A stretch of DNA of 64,000 nucleotides from Schizochytrium sp. TIO01 (lineage: Eukaryota > Protista > Bigyra: Labyrinthulomycetes), in contig SMSO01000032.1 in assembly GCA_004764695.1 (NCBI GenBank), positions 4,744,483-4,808,482 on the forward strand, written 5' to 3'. Numbering within the stretch: the stretch's first letter is position 1; the number at the start of each line of letters is the position of its first letter. Under the pieces are notes generated by a model, which had not been told where the DNA came from, made no database searches, and worked only from the letters and a program-made list of their open reading frames with translations. The position numbers and the translations under genes are program-made. Shown one piece after another: positions 63,713 through 64,000 of the stretch.

Positions 63713-64000
63713 ATGGCAGAGCAAAGCGCGATGGAGGTCTCTACGGAGTCTGGCGCGTTCAAGATGGTGGAGACTTCCCGACAGGTCGTGAAGATGCACC
63801 CCGTGGTGCTCTTCGCTATCCTCGACCACTTCATTCACCGCAATGAGGGCCAGCAGCGTGTCATCGGTACGCTCCTGGGTAACAAGACGGCAACCGGCCA
63901 GTTCGTGGTGAAGAACTGCTTCCCTGTGCCCCATGTAGAGCAGGGTGATGAGGAGGTCGCCGTGGGCAAGGACTACTTGCAGCAGATGCTTGAGCTGCAC
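63713..64000 (+). CDS. EIF3F: Translation initiation factor 3 subunit F (MPN domain), 5' part; runs off the window
   Basis: Not in the ORF track because it has no stop in the window. Manual translation: MAEQSAMEV..VKMHPVVLFAILDHFIHRNEGQQRVIGTLLG..VKNCFPVPHVE..EVAVGKDYLQQMLELH. Confidence 0.88.
   Translation, partial: MAEQSAMEVSTESGAFKMVETSRQVVKMHPVVLFAILDHFIHRNEGQQRVIGTLLGNKTATGQFVVKNCFPVPHVEQGDEEVAVGKDYLQQMLELH

Noticed and set aside
63695-64000. 101-aa minus-strand ORF at the window end
   Set aside because: Antisense shadow of eIF3f on the plus strand.

Overview
Eukaryotic nuclear DNA with compact, mostly intron-poor genes and long microsatellite-rich intergenic tracts. The style best fits a heterotrophic stramenopile such as a thraustochytrid; this assignment is inference. 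About 19 protein genes can be supported: a class II CCA/poly(A)-type nucleotidyltransferase, a Sfi1-repeat-like protein, two unknown proteins, a spliced EF-hand protein, PP2C, a JmjC/cupin protein, an algal/cyanobacterial-type GST, a centrin with an ATG-only first exon, methylmalonate-semialdehyde dehydrogenase, VPS35, a RING-LON (LONRF-like) protein, a GAF protein, UDP-glucuronate decarboxylase, a PRR11/MTFR-like protein, PP1, a Gfo/Idh/MocA oxidoreductase, a GNAT protein and the 5' part of eIF3f. I found no tRNA, rRNA, CRISPR array or intact transposon. The strongest unexplained signal is a cluster of the 10-mer CACTTGGATC: 7 sites, one a perfect 16-bp palindrome, all within the gene-free divergent region between centrin and MMSDH. 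It looks like an undescribed homotypic cis-regulatory module. Two neighbouring genes each need a +1 frameshift, most likely from homopolymer errors, but this is testable.
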